Source of the DNA: Longimicrobiales bacterium
Lineage (GTDB): Bacteria > Gemmatimonadota > Gemmatimonadetes > Longimicrobiales > Gaopeijiaceae
Assembly (NCBI GenBank): GCA_965202985.1
Contig: CBDBCF010000002.1
Location: 736,001 to 800,000 of the forward strand
DNA length: 64,000 nucleotides
Direction of reading: 5' to 3'
The notes under the pieces were generated by a model, which saw only the letters and a program-made list of their open reading frames with translations, ran no database searches and was not told where the DNA came from. Numbering within the stretch: the first letter of the stretch is position 1; the number at the start of each line of letters is the position of its first letter. A program made the position numbers and the translations under genes. Of the stretch, positions 50,901-58,400 are shown in pieces.

Positions 50901-52049
50901 CGTCAACGTCACCGCGTCCGGGTTCGTCGCGCCATGGCTGTTCGTCGCCGCAGCCGTCACCGTCACGCTCTTGTTCGGCTCGTCCAGGTCGTTGTCCACC
51001 GCCGTCACCGTCACCACGCCCGTGCTCGCCGTGTCCCCCGCCGCAATCGCCAGCGTCTTGTTCGCGCTCACCGCGAAGTCGCCCGCGTCCGCGTCCGCGC
51101 CCGCCGCGAACGCCACCGTCACCGTCGTCGCCCGCACCGACGCCGGGCTCAGCGTCGCCGTCACCGTCGCCGCGTTGTTCGCGCCGCTCTCGTCGACCGT
51201 CGTGCGCGACAGCACCAGCCTCACCTTCGGCGTCGCCTCGTCGTCCTGGATCGTCAACGTCACGTCCGCCGGGTCCGAATAGCCCCCGATCGCGTTCGAC
51301 ACCGAACCCGACACCGTCACCTCCTTGTTCGGTCCGTCCAACGCGTTGTCCACCGCCCGGATCGTCACCGCGCCCGTGCTAGCCGTGTCGCCCGCCGCAA
51401 TCGCCAGCGTCTTGTTCGCGCTGACCGTGAAGTCGGTCGAATCCGCGTTCGTGCCCGCAGCCGCGCTCACCGTCACCGTCGTCGCCGCGCTCGACGGCGC
51501 GCTCAGATGCGCCCGCACCGTCGTCCAGATGTCGCCCTGCACCCGCTCGGGAAGCGTCGTGCGCGACAGCGACAGCGACACTGTCGGCGCCGAATCGTCG
51601 TCGGTGATCGTGCCCGTGCCCGTACTCGTCGCAATCGTCGCGTTCGTCGGGTTGCCCAACGTCACGACGATCGTCTCGTCCGCTTCGTCCAGGTCGTCGC
51701 CCTTGACCGTCACGTCCACGCTCTTCAGCGTGTCGCCCGCCGCAAACCGCAGAATCGCGGCGGTCACGGGCTCGTAGTCGTTCGCAAACGTCGCCGTGCC
51801 CGTCCGAGCGTCGCCGTACGCCACGGTCACCCGATGCCCGCTCGGCGCGCTCAACTTCACCTGGAACCGCAGCGTCGCCGTCGAATCCTGCGCACCCTCC
51901 GCCACGCTCGGAGACGAGATCGACAGCGTGGGCAACGGGTCCTGTGCCGCGGCCGCCCGTCCCTCGGCGGGCAGAAGGGCAAGGGCCGCGACCAAGCCCA
52001 TGGTTCGGGCGAGCAGAGGTCGGCCACGGCGAACGGAGGAACGCATCAA
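41910..52049 (-). CDS. Giant Calx-beta repeat adhesin with putative Ig (He_PIG-like) domain and C-terminal autotransporter beta-barrel (3379 aa)
   Basis: Signal peptide; repeated GTAT..DY...L.F..G.T.K...V.GD..DE.DET...GTI.DDD units; LPPGLAFD...IAGTP; beta-barrel-like C-terminus (GVRQDGGDGRTGAGMEAGGG). Confidence 0.9.
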   Translation of the reverse strand: MMRSSVRRGRPLLARTMGLVAALALLPAEGRAAAAQDPLPTLSISSPSVAEGAQDSTATLRFQVKLSAPSGHRVTVAYGDARTGTATFANDYEPVTAAILRFAAGDTLKSVDVTVKGDDLDEADETIVVTLGNPTNATIATSTGTGTITDDDSAPTVSLSLSRTTLPERVQGDIWTTVRAHLSAPSSAATTVTVSAAAGTNADSTDFTVSANKTLAIAAGDTASTGAVTIRAVDNALDGPNKEVTVSGSVSNAIGGYSDPADVTLTIQDDEATPKVRLVLSRTTVDESGANNAATVTATLSPASVRATTVTVAFAAGADADAGDFAVSANKTLAIAAGDTASTGVVTVTAVDNDLDEPNKSVTVTAAATNSHGATNPDAVTLTIADEDGAPSLSISSPSVDEGAAGATATLRFQVKLSAPSGQRVTVKISDARTGTATHSADYAIFSDAILTFLAGDTLTTFDVTVNGDGLDEPDETVVAQLSAPTNAAIGTATGTGTITDDDATPTVTLTLSRPTLREGSQGVQLTSVLAHLSAPSSAATTVTVSATAGTNADSTDFTVSANKTLTIAASDTASTGVVTVAPVDNALDGPNKEVTVSGSVSNAIGGYSDPADVTVTIQDDEATPKVKLVLSRTTIDESGANNAATVTATMSPASVRATTVTVAFTAGAGADAGDFAVSANKTLAIAAGDTASTGVVTVTAVDNDLDEPNKSVTVTAAATNSHGATNPDAVTLTIADEDGQPSLSISSPSVAEGAQDSMATLTFQVKLSAPSGQRVTVKISDARTGTATHSADYAIFSDAILTFAAGDTLKTFDVTVKGDSLDESNETVVAHLSAPTNAAIGTATGTGTITDDDAAPTVTLAVGRSSIWEGGTGITWTTVRAHLSAPSSAATTVTVSAAAGTNADSTDFALSSNKTLTIAAGQTRSAGDVRINAVDNAVDDPSRNVTLSGSVSNSIGGYANPADVTVTIQDDEATPKVKLVLSRTAIDESGANNAATVTATMSPASVRATTVTVAFAAGAGADSTDFVVSANKTLAIAAGDTASTGVVTVTAVDNDLDEANKSVTVTAAATNSQGATNPDAVTLTIADEDGQPTLSISSPSVAEGAQDSTATLRFQVKLSAPSGHRVTVAYGDARTGTATFANDYEPVTAAILRFAAGDTLKSVDVTVKGDDLDEADETIVVTLGNPTNATIATSTGTGTITDDDSAPTVSLSLSRTTLPERVQGDIWTTVRAHLSAPSSAATTVTVSAAAGTNADSTDFTVSANKTLAIAAGDTASTGAVTIRAVDNALDGPNKEVTVSGSVSNAIGGYSDPADVTLTIQDDEATPKVRLVLSRTTVDESGANNAATVTATLSPASVRATTVTVAFAAGADADAGDFAVSANKTLAIAAGDTASTGVVTVTAVDNDLDEPNKSVTVTATATNTQGATNPDAVTLTIADEDGAPSLSISSPSVDEGAAGATATLRFQVKLSAPSGQRVTVKISDARTGTATHSADYAIFSDAILTFLAGDTLTTFDVTVNGDGLDEPDETVAAQLSAPTNAAIGTATGTGTITDDDATPTVSLTLGHSLVSEGGAGFTHTTVRADLSAPSSAATTVTVSATAGTNADSTDFTVSANKTLTIAAGDTASTGVVTIRAVDNALDGPNKEVTVSGSVSNAIGGYSDPADVTVTIQDDEATPKVRLVLSRTTIDESGANNAATVTATMSPASVRATTVTVAFAAGADADAGDFAVSANKTLAIAAGDTASTGVVTVTAVDNDLDEPNKSVTVTAAATNSHGATNPDAVTLTIADEDGQPSLSISSPSVAEGAVGATATLTFQVKLSAPSGHRVTVKASDARTGTATFSTDYATFGDAILTIAAGDTLTTFDVTVNGDGLDEPNETVMVRLSAPTNATIATATGTGTITDDDAAPTVTLSLGRSTIWEGGTGFTYTTVRADMSERSGAATTMTVSAAAGTNADSSDFAASANKTLTIAAGDTASTGVVTIRAVDNDLDGPNKEVTVSGTVSNSIGGYTNPADVTLTIQDDEATPKVKLVLSRTTVDESGANNAATVTATMSPASVQATTVTVAVAPGPNAGVTDFTVSANKTLAIAAGDTASTGVVTVTAVDNDLDEPNKSLTVSGTASNAQGATNPDPVALTIADDEGGTALPTLSAASAGVVEGPSGTTTVLRFTVRLSAAATARATVDWTDAGGTATPGVDYEPLGDGTLAFVAGDTLKTIDVTVVGDDEDEGDETVALALSAAVNAQLATPTVTGTIVDDDAPPPSSLHVDSPQVREGDDGFRQMAYRVTLSPASTEEVRVDYADAGTGTAISGTDYAALQPGTLVFEPGDTIRTIPLQVAGDNANEPDETIVIVMSNPRSALLSTGTATGTILDDDISFLTVDAPRAEEGDAGDGQDGDGPAILVFTVSLTPASHQEVMVDYADAGTGTATPGADYRSPPSRTLSFAPGEALKTVEVTLLGDDLDEPDETVILHLSRPTNAEIGGAGSGVGTILDDDGPPVISIDSPTAQEGGPGETAALLFTVSLGAPTAKRVSVEYSDAGTGTAVAGGDYDAVAPGTLVFAPGDTARTVEVTVHGDAVDEPDETVVLVLADPVNAELAQDGASGVGTILDDDGPPVVSIDSPTAQEGGPGETAALLFTVSLGAPTAKRVSVEYSDAGTGTAVAGSDYDAVAPGTLVFAPGDTARTVEVTIRGDALDEPDETVVLTLADPVNAELAQDGATGVGTIADDDDAPSLSVDSPAVVEGNDGRRPLTFSFALDRPSGRRVIMEYVDASTGTATPGTDYEEVPPGVLAFDPGETLKILDVIVIGDERHEPDETVVLRLSTPEPTAATMTATEGVGVIRNDDADLIPTFGDARVPSQRWMEGRRIDPLPLPPAQGGDGPLTYALAPALPPGLAFDPERRTIAGTPSVDQPATTYRYFATDQDGDSATLSFSIEVVGVRQTQRRLDEVNRAVLPEVARTWADVASNAVEGRVAQAGQAGAGTGVWGHGELRRLSGAPDQARPVDWSGEAVAVGAGVDMGLGASATLGVAVTGLEGAFDYVHRAEGQAVAGRHVTRLVGVHPYLGWSDDGGSRAWTTAGYAKSDVVVQDDEAGPQTADGRVQMLAAGGGLRLFAGEGGGSVDAKADGHVARFQLDGNGDRMTALEVRVHRLRFAFEAGRLFRLGGGGTRVKPSVALGVRQDGGDGRTGAGMEAGGGLTLSAWNSRLQVEATGRTLLAHGGGLAEWGAGGSVRIAPGAAGRGLSLRIQPEWGTAGPSEIGQLWQQGATRRTPASRGRSVPGATDLLHSSPARIDAEIAYGVGAIVLGTQALVTPYAALGPDSGADGRGSAYRFGTRLRTPPVVGLEIGIETAYPYAGLRLDLQFNSAGPRPRSGQPE
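43870..44590. repeat. Near-identical tandem 351-bp duplication of one Calx-beta domain
   Basis: Sequence at 44065 recurs at 44416 (offset 351) almost unchanged. Confidence 0.85.
45615..51930. repeat. Six tandem 1053-bp (351-aa, three-domain) modules
   Basis: GACGAGATCGA anchor at 46648, 47701, 48754, 49807, 50860 and 51913 (exact 1053-bp period); modules 1 and 4 are nearly identical (offset 3159). Confidence 0.93.
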
Positions 52050-52065
52050 CCCTGCGACAACCCTA

Positions 52066-52114
52066 ATTCATAATATTCTGAATAACTTGTGTCAAGGGGG
52101 GGGGGGGGGGGGGG
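52066..52114 (-). promoter_or_regulatory. Putative sigma-70 promoter of the adhesin, with palindromic operator and abutting C19 homopolymer
   Basis: Minus strand reads C19 (52096-52114), TTGACA (52095-52090), spacer containing palindrome TATTC-A-GAATA, then an AT-rich -10-like region (TTATGAAT). Confidence 0.6.
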
Positions 52115-52440
52115 CTGACGCTCCAAGATGGACGACCGACCATCGCTTCCCGTTCCTTTCTTTCTCTTGACTCCGGGCAATTTACGACCGAGACGAGCAC
52201 GGCGCTTCGTTGCTCCGACCTCCGGGGGGCTCCCGACAAGCTCGTCCATGCCTACGACACCCAAAAGCTGCGGCGACGGCGTCTCCAACTCGTCACCGTC
52301 TCGACTTTCGGCGACGCCCAAAGGCCCGCCCGGCGTCTTTGCCATGAGATGGAAGGTTGGCCCGTGCGACTGGACGGGCGCATATTCAGAGGTTGCCGAG
52401 AGCCAACGAGAGACCCCCGACTTTCAAGGAACCAAGTCGC

Positions 52441-53031
52441 ATGAAGCTTACCTTTACGGACAAGGCGCGGGACATGGTCTTGTCGTTCATGGATCAGGAA
52501 GAGGACGGGCCGCAGGCGTTGCGGATCGCGGTGGACGGAAGCCCCTTCGCGCCCAACTACGAGTTGACGCTGGTGGAGGCCGCTAGCCGCCGGGATTCGG
52601 ACCGGGAGGTGAACGCGGGCGACTTCTCCGTGCTGGTGGACGAGTCCAGCGTAGGGCGGCTGGAAGGCGCCTCAGTCGACTTCGTGGAGACGATCCAGGA
52701 GAGCGGCTTCCAGATCACGCCGGACCCGGACGCCGTAAAGGCCGCCATGGACGACGCCGCGCCCGCCGGCGAGCTGGCCGACCGCGTGCGCCACGTGCTA
52801 GACACCGAGATCAACCCGGCCGTGGCCGCCCACGGAGGCGCCATCAACTTGGTGGACGTCCAGGGCACCGAGGTGTACATCGAGATGGCGGGCGGTTGCC
52901 AGGGGTGCGCCATGTCCCGGATGACGCTGCGCCAGGGCGTGGAGCGCATGGTGTCCCAGGCCGTGCCCGAGGTGACGGCGATCCACGACGTGACCGACCA
53001 CATGAGCGGCGAGAACCCCTACTTCACCTAG
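52441..53031 (+). CDS. nfuA: Fe-S cluster carrier NfuA (degenerate A-type domain + NifU C-terminal domain)
   Basis: RBS AAGGA before ATG 52441; [10 protein letters not shown]...GGCQGC...DVTDH. Confidence 0.88.
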   Translation: MKLTFTDKARDMVLSFMDQEEDGPQALRIAVDGSPFAPNYELTLVEAASRRDSDREVNAGDFSVLVDESSVGRLEGASVDFVETIQESGFQITPDPDAVKAAMDDAAPAGELADRVRHVLDTEINPAVAAHGGAINLVDVQGTEVYIEMAGGCQGCAMSRMTLRQGVERMVSQAVPEVTAIHDVTDHMSGENPYFT

Positions 53032-53071
53032 CGGCTCGGGGTCTCTGGCGGCCCGGGGCACGCGGCCCGGC

Positions 53072-54511
53072 ATGGCGCACCGCACGCTGATCCGCAACGC
53101 GCAGGTGGTCCTGCCGGGCGAGACCGCGCGGACCTCGGTGTTGCTGGAGGGCGACGAGATCGCTGCGGTGGACGCCCCCGCCGGAGTTCGGGCGGACGAA
53201 ACGGTGGACGCCCGCGGCCTTCATCTGTTGCCGGGCGTGATCGACGCTCACGTGCACTTCCGGGAACCCGGGCTGACGCACAAGGAAGACTTGGCCAGCG
53301 GCAGTCGCGCCTGCGCCGCGGGCGGAGTCACGTCGTTCCTGGAGATGCCCAACACCGTGCCCCCGACCACGACCGTGAAGGCGCTCGAAGCCAAGCTGGC
53401 CCTGGCGTCGCGCAAGTCCGTGGTCAACTACGGCTTCTACATCGGCGCCACGCTGGACAACTTGACGGAGCTGGAGCGGGCCGGAGCTGCGGGGGATGCC
53501 GTCCGCACGCCCGGGATCAAGGTCTTCATGGGCTCCAGCACGGGGGACATGCTGTTGGACGACCCGGAGTCGCTGGATGCCGTCTTCGCCCGGACGGCGC
53601 TGCCGATCGCCGCCCACTGCGAGGACGAGTCCACCGTGCGGGCGAACCAGGCGCGGCTGGAGGGCCGGGGAGGCGCGACGGAGCGCATGCACGCCGCGGA
53701 CGCCGGAAGCGTCGGACACGCCCGCGACCGGAGATGCGCCGGGACGCGGGGGCTGTCGGTTCGCGACCACTCGCGCATTCGGGATCGAGCCGCTGCCGTC
53801 CGGTCGACTCGGCGGGCCGTCGAGCTGGCGCAGCGTCATGGGCGGCGCCTTCACGTGCTGCACGTCTCCACAGCGGACGAGACCGTGATGCTGGCCGACG
53901 CCGGCCCCTTCGTCACGGCGGAAGCGTGCCCTCACCATCTGTTCCTGGACGTTTCCGCCTATGACCGCCTGGGCACGTTGGCCCAGATGAACCCGGCCCT
54001 CAAGACGGCGGCGGACCGGGCGGCCCTTTGGCGAGCCTTGCACGAAGGCGTGCTGCAGATGGTGGCCACGGACCACGCGCCCCACGCCCTGGACGAGAAG
54101 GCGGCGCCCTACCCCGAGTCGCCCTCGGGCGTTCCTGCCGTCGAGGTGGCCCTCCCCCTGATGCTGGACCAAGTCGTCCGGGGGGCGTGCAGCTTGCAGG
54201 ACGTGGTTCGCTGGATGTGCGAAGGTCCGGCCAGAGTCTGGGAGATCGCCCGCAAGGGGCGCATCGAGGAAGGCCTGGACGCCGACTTGGTGCTCGCGGA
54301 CCTGTCCTTGGAACGCGAGGTCCGCAACGAGGAGCAGTTCACCAAGTGCCGGTGGAGCCCCTGGCACGGAACCCGACTGGTAGGCTGGCCGGTGCGGACC
54401 TGGGTGGGCGGGCGCACTGTCTTTGCGCGCGACAGCGACCACCCGACGGGCAGAGTGGACCCCGCGCCTCGGGGCCGAGAGATCGTTTTCGCGCGAAACG
54501 AGCAGGCGTAA
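53072..54511 (+). CDS. pyrC: Dihydroorotase-family amidohydrolase
   Basis: [32 protein letters not shown] and ATDHAPH motifs. Confidence 0.8.
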   Translation: MAHRTLIRNAQVVLPGETARTSVLLEGDEIAAVDAPAGVRADETVDARGLHLLPGVIDAHVHFREPGLTHKEDLASGSRACAAGGVTSFLEMPNTVPPTTTVKALEAKLALASRKSVVNYGFYIGATLDNLTELERAGAAGDAVRTPGIKVFMGSSTGDMLLDDPESLDAVFARTALPIAAHCEDESTVRANQARLEGRGGATERMHAADAGSVGHARDRRCAGTRGLSVRDHSRIRDRAAAVRSTRRAVELAQRHGRRLHVLHVSTADETVMLADAGPFVTAEACPHHLFLDVSAYDRLGTLAQMNPALKTAADRAALWRALHEGVLQMVATDHAPHALDEKAAPYPESPSGVPAVEVALPLMLDQVVRGACSLQDVVRWMCEGPARVWEIARKGRIEEGLDADLVLADLSLEREVRNEEQFTKCRWSPWHGTRLVGWPVRTWVGGRTVFARDSDHPTGRVDPAPRGREIVFARNEQA

Positions 54512-54691
54512 TTCTCGCCGGCCGGCACGCCCGAAATCCGTTGCGCCGCAAGGGCGTGGGCGCGGACTCGCGGGCGTGCGTTGCAAGTCGGGCTCAAACA
54601 GCTATCCAAACGCCCCGATTTCGGCCCCATCGTTTGGGCATCCGTCCCGAGAGGCGGCACGAGACCCACTCGAGAAAGGCCGCTCGTCCAG

Positions 54692-55888
54692 ATGGACCGA
54701 CTCCGCAGCGAACCCCGATCCGCCGATGCTCGCGACTCTCGCCGCTCCCCCGACGAGGCCACCGCCGGCGAGGCCCTGGACCCGTCCAATGACGCCCCGG
54801 ACCCGCCCGACGATGCCCCAGGGCCGTCCAGTGAGGCCCCGGACCCGCCCGACGCCGATCCCAGCCGGCCCGAGCGCCGTCCCCACGACCAGACCTACAA
54901 GGCCCTCTTCGCCCACGACGTGGCCATCAAGTCCCTGATCCGAGACTTCCTCGCCGCCGGAGGCCACGACGTCCTCGACCTCGACACCGCCGAACTCGTC
55001 CCCACCGAGACGATCTCCCCAGGCCTCGAACGCAGGCTGGCCGACCTCGCGGTGCGCGTCTGGTTCAAGGACAGCGCCGCCTCGGTCGTCTTCCTGGTCG
55101 AGTTCCAGTCCTCCCACGACCCCGACATGGCGCTCCGCACCTTGGGCTACGCCACCGGGACGATCGAGTTGCTGCGTGCCAACCCGAAGATGCTGGACTC
55201 GGACGGCTCCGTGCCCCTCGTGCTCGCCCGCGTGCTCCACACCGGCCCGGAGCCCTGGACCGCAGCGACCAGCTTGGCCGCTCTGACGCGGACGCCGGAG
55301 CCGCCTCCCGGCGCGGTCTGGGCCGGCGCCGGCGCGAGCACGCACAGCTACGAAGTGCTTGACTTGCAGTCGGCGTCGGCGCAAGACTTGCTGCCGGAGG
55401 AGTCGTTGCTTGGCTGGCTGGGCGCGTTGGAGCGGAGGCCGTGGGGCGCCTTTCGGCGGGTGCACGCCTCGTTGGCGGAGCGGTGGGCCGGGGAGGAGCA
55501 GGCGTCGGCGCGCCGGGCGTTCGCGGATTGGACGGACGAGCGGATGCGCGCGGCGGGCGTGCCGACGGAGCGGAGGCGGGTCGTCGAGCAGCAGATCATT
55601 CAACCAGAGGAGGCGCCGGAGATGGAGCAGACGTACGAGCAGTGGGTGGAGGAACAACAGCGCACGGGCATGGCGAAGGGCGTGGCCCGGGGTCACCGGG
55701 AGATGGTGCTTGGGCAGGCGTCGCGGAAGTTCGGGGCCGATACGGCGAAGCGCCTGGCCGCGCTGGTGGGGGCGATGGATCCCGAGCAGCTGCTGCATGT
55801 GGGCCACGCCGTGGTGGAGTGCGACACGGGGGACGACCTGCTGGCCGAGGCCGCCAACGGTGGCCGCCGTCGTCCGCTAACCTCCTAG
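54692..55888 (+). CDS. Rpn-family recombination-promoting nuclease / putative transposase (PD-(D/E)XK)
   Basis: PHDQTYKALF, LADL, LVEFQS..DPDMALR and HTGPEPW motifs; C-terminal E...G..G..G...KFG region. Start uncertain. Confidence 0.82.
   Translation: MDRLRSEPRSADARDSRRSPDEATAGEALDPSNDAPDPPDDAPGPSSEAPDPPDADPSRPERRPHDQTYKALFAHDVAIKSLIRDFLAAGGHDVLDLDTAELVPTETISPGLERRLADLAVRVWFKDSAASVVFLVEFQSSHDPDMALRTLGYATGTIELLRANPKMLDSDGSVPLVLARVLHTGPEPWTAATSLAALTRTPEPPPGAVWAGAGASTHSYEVLDLQSASAQDLLPEESLLGWLGALERRPWGAFRRVHASLAERWAGEEQASARRAFADWTDERMRAAGVPTERRRVVEQQIIQPEEAPEMEQTYEQWVEEQQRTGMAKGVARGHREMVLGQASRKFGADTAKRLAALVGAMDPEQLLHVGHAVVECDTGDDLLAEAANGGRRRPLTS
55622..55888 (+). CDS. Putative intragenic small Rpn (RpnS-like antitoxin), 88 aa, in frame with Rpn
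   Basis: GAGGAGG (55607-55613) lies 8 nt upstream of in-frame ATG 55622 (MEQTYEQW...). Confidence 0.6.
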   Translation: MEQTYEQWVEEQQRTGMAKGVARGHREMVLGQASRKFGADTAKRLAALVGAMDPEQLLHVGHAVVECDTGDDLLAEAANGGRRRPLTS

Positions 55889-57249
55889 AAGCCGAAAAAG
55901 CGCAAGACGTCGTTGCCTAGCGCCCAGACCATGATCAGCAGGAGAACGACCAAGCCGGCTTGACTCCACCGCAGCCGTTGCTTGACGGTGAGCCGCCGAC
56001 CGCGGATCGCCTCCACGGCCAGGAACACCAGGTGGCCGCCGTCCAGCACGGGAATGGGCAACAGGTTGAGGATCGCCAGGTTGATGCTGAACAGCGCCAT
56101 GAAGCGGAGGTAGTACTGCGGGCCCTCCCGAGCCGCTCGCCCCGACTCGGCGGCGATCGTCCCGATGGAGCCCACCGACCGCGGCGAAACGTCCAGGGTG
56201 AAGAGGTCCCCTAGGAACCGCAGGATCACGGTGGTCACGAAGACCGTCTGGCCAACGCCCATGACGGCCGCTTCCCGGGCGGCGACCGGCACCGACAAGG
56301 TCTCGCCCGCGGGCTGAAAGATGCCCAGACGCCCGACGCGCTCGTTTCCTCCCCCGCCCCGCACCTCGCCCACGCGTACCACGCGGGTCAACTCGGCGTC
56401 CCCCCGGCGCACGCCCACCTGGATCCGCTCGCCTGGCCGGGCCCGCACCTCTCTGGTCATGTCGCTCCAGCTGGAAACCGGGACGCCCGCCACGCTGGTG
56501 ATCCAGTCCCCCTCCCTCAGCCCGGCATCCTCGGCCGGCCCCCCCGGGTCGAGCGCCCCCACCACCGGGTCGGCCCACGGCACCAGCGCCAAGCCCAAGG
56601 CGGCGCGCTCCGCCACGTCGCCGGAAAGGTCGATCTCGAAGGCGGCGAACGGTTCCTCGGCAACGACCCGCAAGGCTCCCGGGGGCGCCTGCGCAATCGC
56701 CCGCACGATCTGCTCCCAGCTCTCGGGCGACGCGTCTCCCACTTGGACGATCGTCGAGCCCGGCTCCAGCCCGCCCAGCGCCTCCGCGCCCGGCGGCAGC
56801 GCGCCCTCGTTCACGGCCACACGCGTGACTGCAAGCTCCTCCGTGCCCCAAATCCACGCCGTGCCCGCGTAGACGACCAGGGCGAAGAGCATGTTCATGA
56901 TCACGCCGGCCGAGATGACGAAGGTTCGCGCCCAGATCGGCTTCGCGTCGAAGTCGCCGGGCCGAGGCTCGCGAGGCTCGGGGTCGGCCTCGTCCCCGTC
57001 GGACTTGGCGCCGCCCTCCAGCTGCTGCGCCAGCTCGTCGTCCATTCCCTGCATCCGGACATAGCCGCCCAAGGGGATGGCGGACAGAACGTACTCCGTC
57101 CCTCCCCGCGTGAAGCCCCAGATCCGCGGACCGAACCCGATGGAGAAGCGTTCGACGCCCACGCCGACGGCCCTGGCGGCACCGAAGTGCCCCAGCTCGT
57201 GAACGAAGATCAGCACGCCCAACAGGACGATCGTGGCCAGCAACGTCAT
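55885..57249 (-). CDS. rseP: RIP metalloprotease RseP
   Basis: HELGH, PDZ domains, NLLPIPVLDGG. Confidence 0.96.
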   Translation of the reverse strand: MTLLATIVLLGVLIFVHELGHFGAARAVGVGVERFSIGFGPRIWGFTRGGTEYVLSAIPLGGYVRMQGMDDELAQQLEGGAKSDGDEADPEPREPRPGDFDAKPIWARTFVISAGVIMNMLFALVVYAGTAWIWGTEELAVTRVAVNEGALPPGAEALGGLEPGSTIVQVGDASPESWEQIVRAIAQAPPGALRVVAEEPFAAFEIDLSGDVAERAALGLALVPWADPVVGALDPGGPAEDAGLREGDWITSVAGVPVSSWSDMTREVRARPGERIQVGVRRGDAELTRVVRVGEVRGGGGNERVGRLGIFQPAGETLSVPVAAREAAVMGVGQTVFVTTVILRFLGDLFTLDVSPRSVGSIGTIAAESGRAAREGPQYYLRFMALFSINLAILNLLPIPVLDGGHLVFLAVEAIRGRRLTVKQRLRWSQAGLVVLLLIMVWALGNDVLRFFGF

Positions 57250-58400
57250 GCGTCGTTCTCCAGAAGCTCTGCGGCGAAGCGTCGAGCGCGGGCGTCGGCC
57301 TCCAAGACCGAAGGAAGGTCCGGCGCGCCCCGTCCCTTCATGGCGCGGAGCGTGCCGGAAACGACCCTCGCCATGCCCGGAAAGGTAACCCTCCCTTCCA
57401 GAAACGCGCCGACGGCGACCTCGTTGGCGGCGTTGAAGACGGCGGGCGCAGCGCCTCCGGCTCGGCCCGCGGCCACGCCCAGGCCGAACAGGGGGAAGCG
57501 CTCAGCGTCCACGGGCTCGAAGACCAAGGGCGACGCGCGCACCGGGTCGAAGGTCTGCAGGACCGGGTCCGCAGGTCGCCGGGGCCACGAAAGCGCGTGA
57601 AGCACTGGCAGCTCCATCGTGGGCTCGCCCATCTGCGCCAGCACCGATCCGTCCACGAACTCCACGAACGAATGCACGACGGAGGTGGGGTGGACCACCA
57701 CGTCGATCCGGTCATACGGAAGGCCGTAAAGGAAGTGGGCCTCCACCACCTCGAGGGCCTTGTTGGCCAGGGTGGCCGAGTCCACGGTGATCTTGGCGCC
57801 CATCTGCCACGTTGGGTGATTCAGCGCGGCTTCGGCGGTGACCTCTTCCAGCGCGGCGGCGGACGCGGACCGAAACGGCCCCCCGCTCGCGGTCAGGACG
57901 ACCCTTCGAACTTCTCCTCGCTCGGCACCGGCCATGCACTGCAGGATCGCCGAATGCTCGCTGTCCACGGGCACCAGCTCGCCCCCGCCCCTTCGCGCGG
58001 CGGCCAGCACGACCTCTCCAGCTGCGACCAGCGACTCCTTGTTGGCCAGCGCGCACCGCTTCCCCGATTCGAGTGCAGCCAAAGTCGGCGCAAGCCCGGC
58101 GGCGCCCACCACGGCGTTGACCACGATGTCCGCCTCCGGCAGCCGAGCCAACTCCGTCGCGGCGTCCGGCCCCGTCCTCCAGCCGTCCGGCGCGCCGTCG
58201 GGGCGCGCGGCCAACGCCGCGGCGTCGGCAACCCCCACGTGCCGAACGCCGAACTCTGTCGCCAACCGTGCCAGGGCGTCCACGGAGCGGGCCGCCGCCA
58301 GCGCCACCACCCGAAAGCGGTCGGGGTGCCGGCGCGCGACGGCCAGGGTCGAGCGGCCCACGGAACCCGTGGCGCCCAGTACCGCCAGTCGCGCCGTCAA
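57246..58400 (-). CDS. dxr: 1-deoxy-D-xylulose-5-phosphate reductoisomerase
   Basis: LGATGSVG, LANKESLV, PVDSEH, TASGGPFR and HPTWQMGAKITVDSAT motifs. Confidence 0.97.
   Translation of the reverse strand: MTARLAVLGATGSVGRSTLAVARRHPDRFRVVALAAARSVDALARLATEFGVRHVGVADAAALAARPDGAPDGWRTGPDAATELARLPEADIVVNAVVGAAGLAPTLAALESGKRCALANKESLVAAGEVVLAAARRGGGELVPVDSEHSAILQCMAGAERGEVRRVVLTASGGPFRSASAAALEEVTAEAALNHPTWQMGAKITVDSATLANKALEVVEAHFLYGLPYDRIDVVVHPTSVVHSFVEFVDGSVLAQMGEPTMELPVLHALSWPRRPADPVLQTFDPVRASPLVFEPVDAERFPLFGLGVAAGRAGGAAPAVFNAANEVAVGAFLEGRVTFPGMARVVSGTLRAMKGRGAPDLPSVLEADARARRFAAELLENDA

Noticed and set aside
45615..51930. Repeat array as a CRISPR array or diversity-generating retroelement
   Set aside because: Repeats are in-frame coding 1053-bp units without repeat-spacer structure; no cas or reverse transcriptase gene in the window; no template/variable repeat pair recognised.
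44628..52073. 2481-aa plus-strand ORF and many 100-180 aa ORFs inside the adhesin
   Set aside because: Antisense shadows of a GC-rich repetitive gene; Arg/His-rich translation with no domain motifs.
52120..52440. Possible ncRNA or riboswitch in this intergenic region (also 32300-32610 and 39290-39450)
   Set aside because: Only weak GC hairpins and no recognisable family consensus; an Rfam covariance-model scan would be needed.
54581..55888. Rpn gene as an IS element
   Set aside because: No terminal inverted repeats or target duplication seen; the Rpn family is not a demonstrated transposase.
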